A stretch of DNA of 64,000 nucleotides. It comes from the human T2T-CHM13v2.0 reference genome, Homo sapiens. The notes beneath the pieces are model-generated. The model searched no databases. It worked only from the letters and a program-made list of their open reading frames with translations, and had not been told where the DNA came from. This document shows, one piece after another, positions 62,965 to 64,000 of the stretch. The position numbers and the translations under genes are program-made. The stretch lies in NCBI RefSeq assembly GCF_009914755.1, contig NC_060928.1; one strand, 5' to 3'. Each line of letters opens with the position of its first letter. The stretch's first letter is position 1.

Positions 62965-63422
62965 TTGTTCTAGTTATTATATCTGCACAATAAATAACTC
63001 TAAAACTTAGTTGCATAAACAATCCATGTTCATGGAGTCGGTAGGTTAGGGGTTTGGCATGGCACACCACAGAACAGTACCAATGGCTTGTTTCTGCTCT
63101 GTGAAATCTAGGGCCTGGAATCATTTGAAAGTCTGCCTACTCACATGTCTGACCACCTGATGCTGCCTGCAGGCTGGTAGCATGAGATTTTCTCCATGTG
63201 TGCTAGTTTGAGCTTCCTCACAACATGGCGTCTAGGTTCCAAAGGTGAGCTTTCCAAGAGAGCAAGTAAAAGAGTGAGAGAGAGCCAAAAGGAAGCCAGC
63301 TATATATCCTTTTATGACCTGACCTCAGGGGTCTTAATGGGGACTACAGTGTAGTAAGCTTCTAGAAGAGTATGTGGGATTGAAAATATTGCTGTAGCCA
63401 TTTTTGAAAAATAAAATCTGCC
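62965..63422 (-). mobile_element. Old MLT1-type LTR
   Basis: ctctaaaacttagttgcataaacaa...ccttttatgacctgacctcag...ccatttttgaaaa. Confidence 0.55.
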
Positions 63423-64000
63423 AAAAGGTAAAGGTAATGATTAACTTTAGTCTTATATAATCTGAATATGTATGATGGAATATAATTACTAAAAGACAAA
63501 CTAGTAAAGAGAAAAAATGTGTATTGCTCAAGGAAAACAAACATCATTTATTTTAAGAAAGAATTTAACAAGGAATTAGTAAACAGGTTTTGAGAAAAGT
63601 GAAAATGTCCACTAGGGACACAAATAAAGGCAAAAAGATGGGATTAATAGAGCCTAGAAGCCTTTAAGAGATACCCTCCAGAATGCCAGAGAAAAGTTGG
63701 AGTCTGGAAACAAACCACAGCTGCTAAAACAAGAGCCATTGCTGAGGTGATACTGACAATATTGGGAGGCTAATGGGAAGGGGAAAGTCTCTTCTCCATA
63801 TCTTCAGCATTCTAGTCTCTTAGTACTCTTTCTTTGCAGGACCTAAAAACAAGCCAGATGGCAAAGGAGAAGCACAGTTTGCAAAAAGTGCTAGGCACAA
63901 AGTCCCAGAATACAGATAAGTGAGTCTAGAGTTGAGAGACAATCAATAACTGGCAAAAACAGAATAATATAGTAAGTCAATACTAATTTTAAAAGGCAAG

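Overview
AT-rich, repeat-dense human (primate) genomic DNA containing the complete STAP1 gene (signal-transducing adaptor protein 1/BRDG1) on the + strand. Nine coding exons (11893-59439) with canonical GT-AG boundaries sum to 888 nt and give a 295-aa PH + SH2-like adaptor ([15 protein letters not shown]...KLKKNPHIA*). From memory of the locus (4q13.2), CENPC lies just left and UBA6 just right; neither is visible here. The rest is about 30 Alu copies or fragments, LTR elements (MER41-type, MST/MLT), Tigger/hAT DNA transposons and L1/L2/MIR fragments. Nearly all ORFs in the supplied track are repeat-derived or incidental. I found no evidence of a new multi-gene system. The most unusual structures are: (1) an Alu split by a 242-bp inverted copy of nearby DNA whose substitutions are skewed to A>G; (2) a near-perfect pre-miRNA-like hairpin in intron 7; (3) a candidate LTR-donated alternative last exon; (4) STAT and PU.1 motifs, including a GAS site in a MER41-type LTR and one inside coding exon 1. 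Repeat subfamily names come from memory of consensus sequences and need RepeatMasker/Dfam confirmation.
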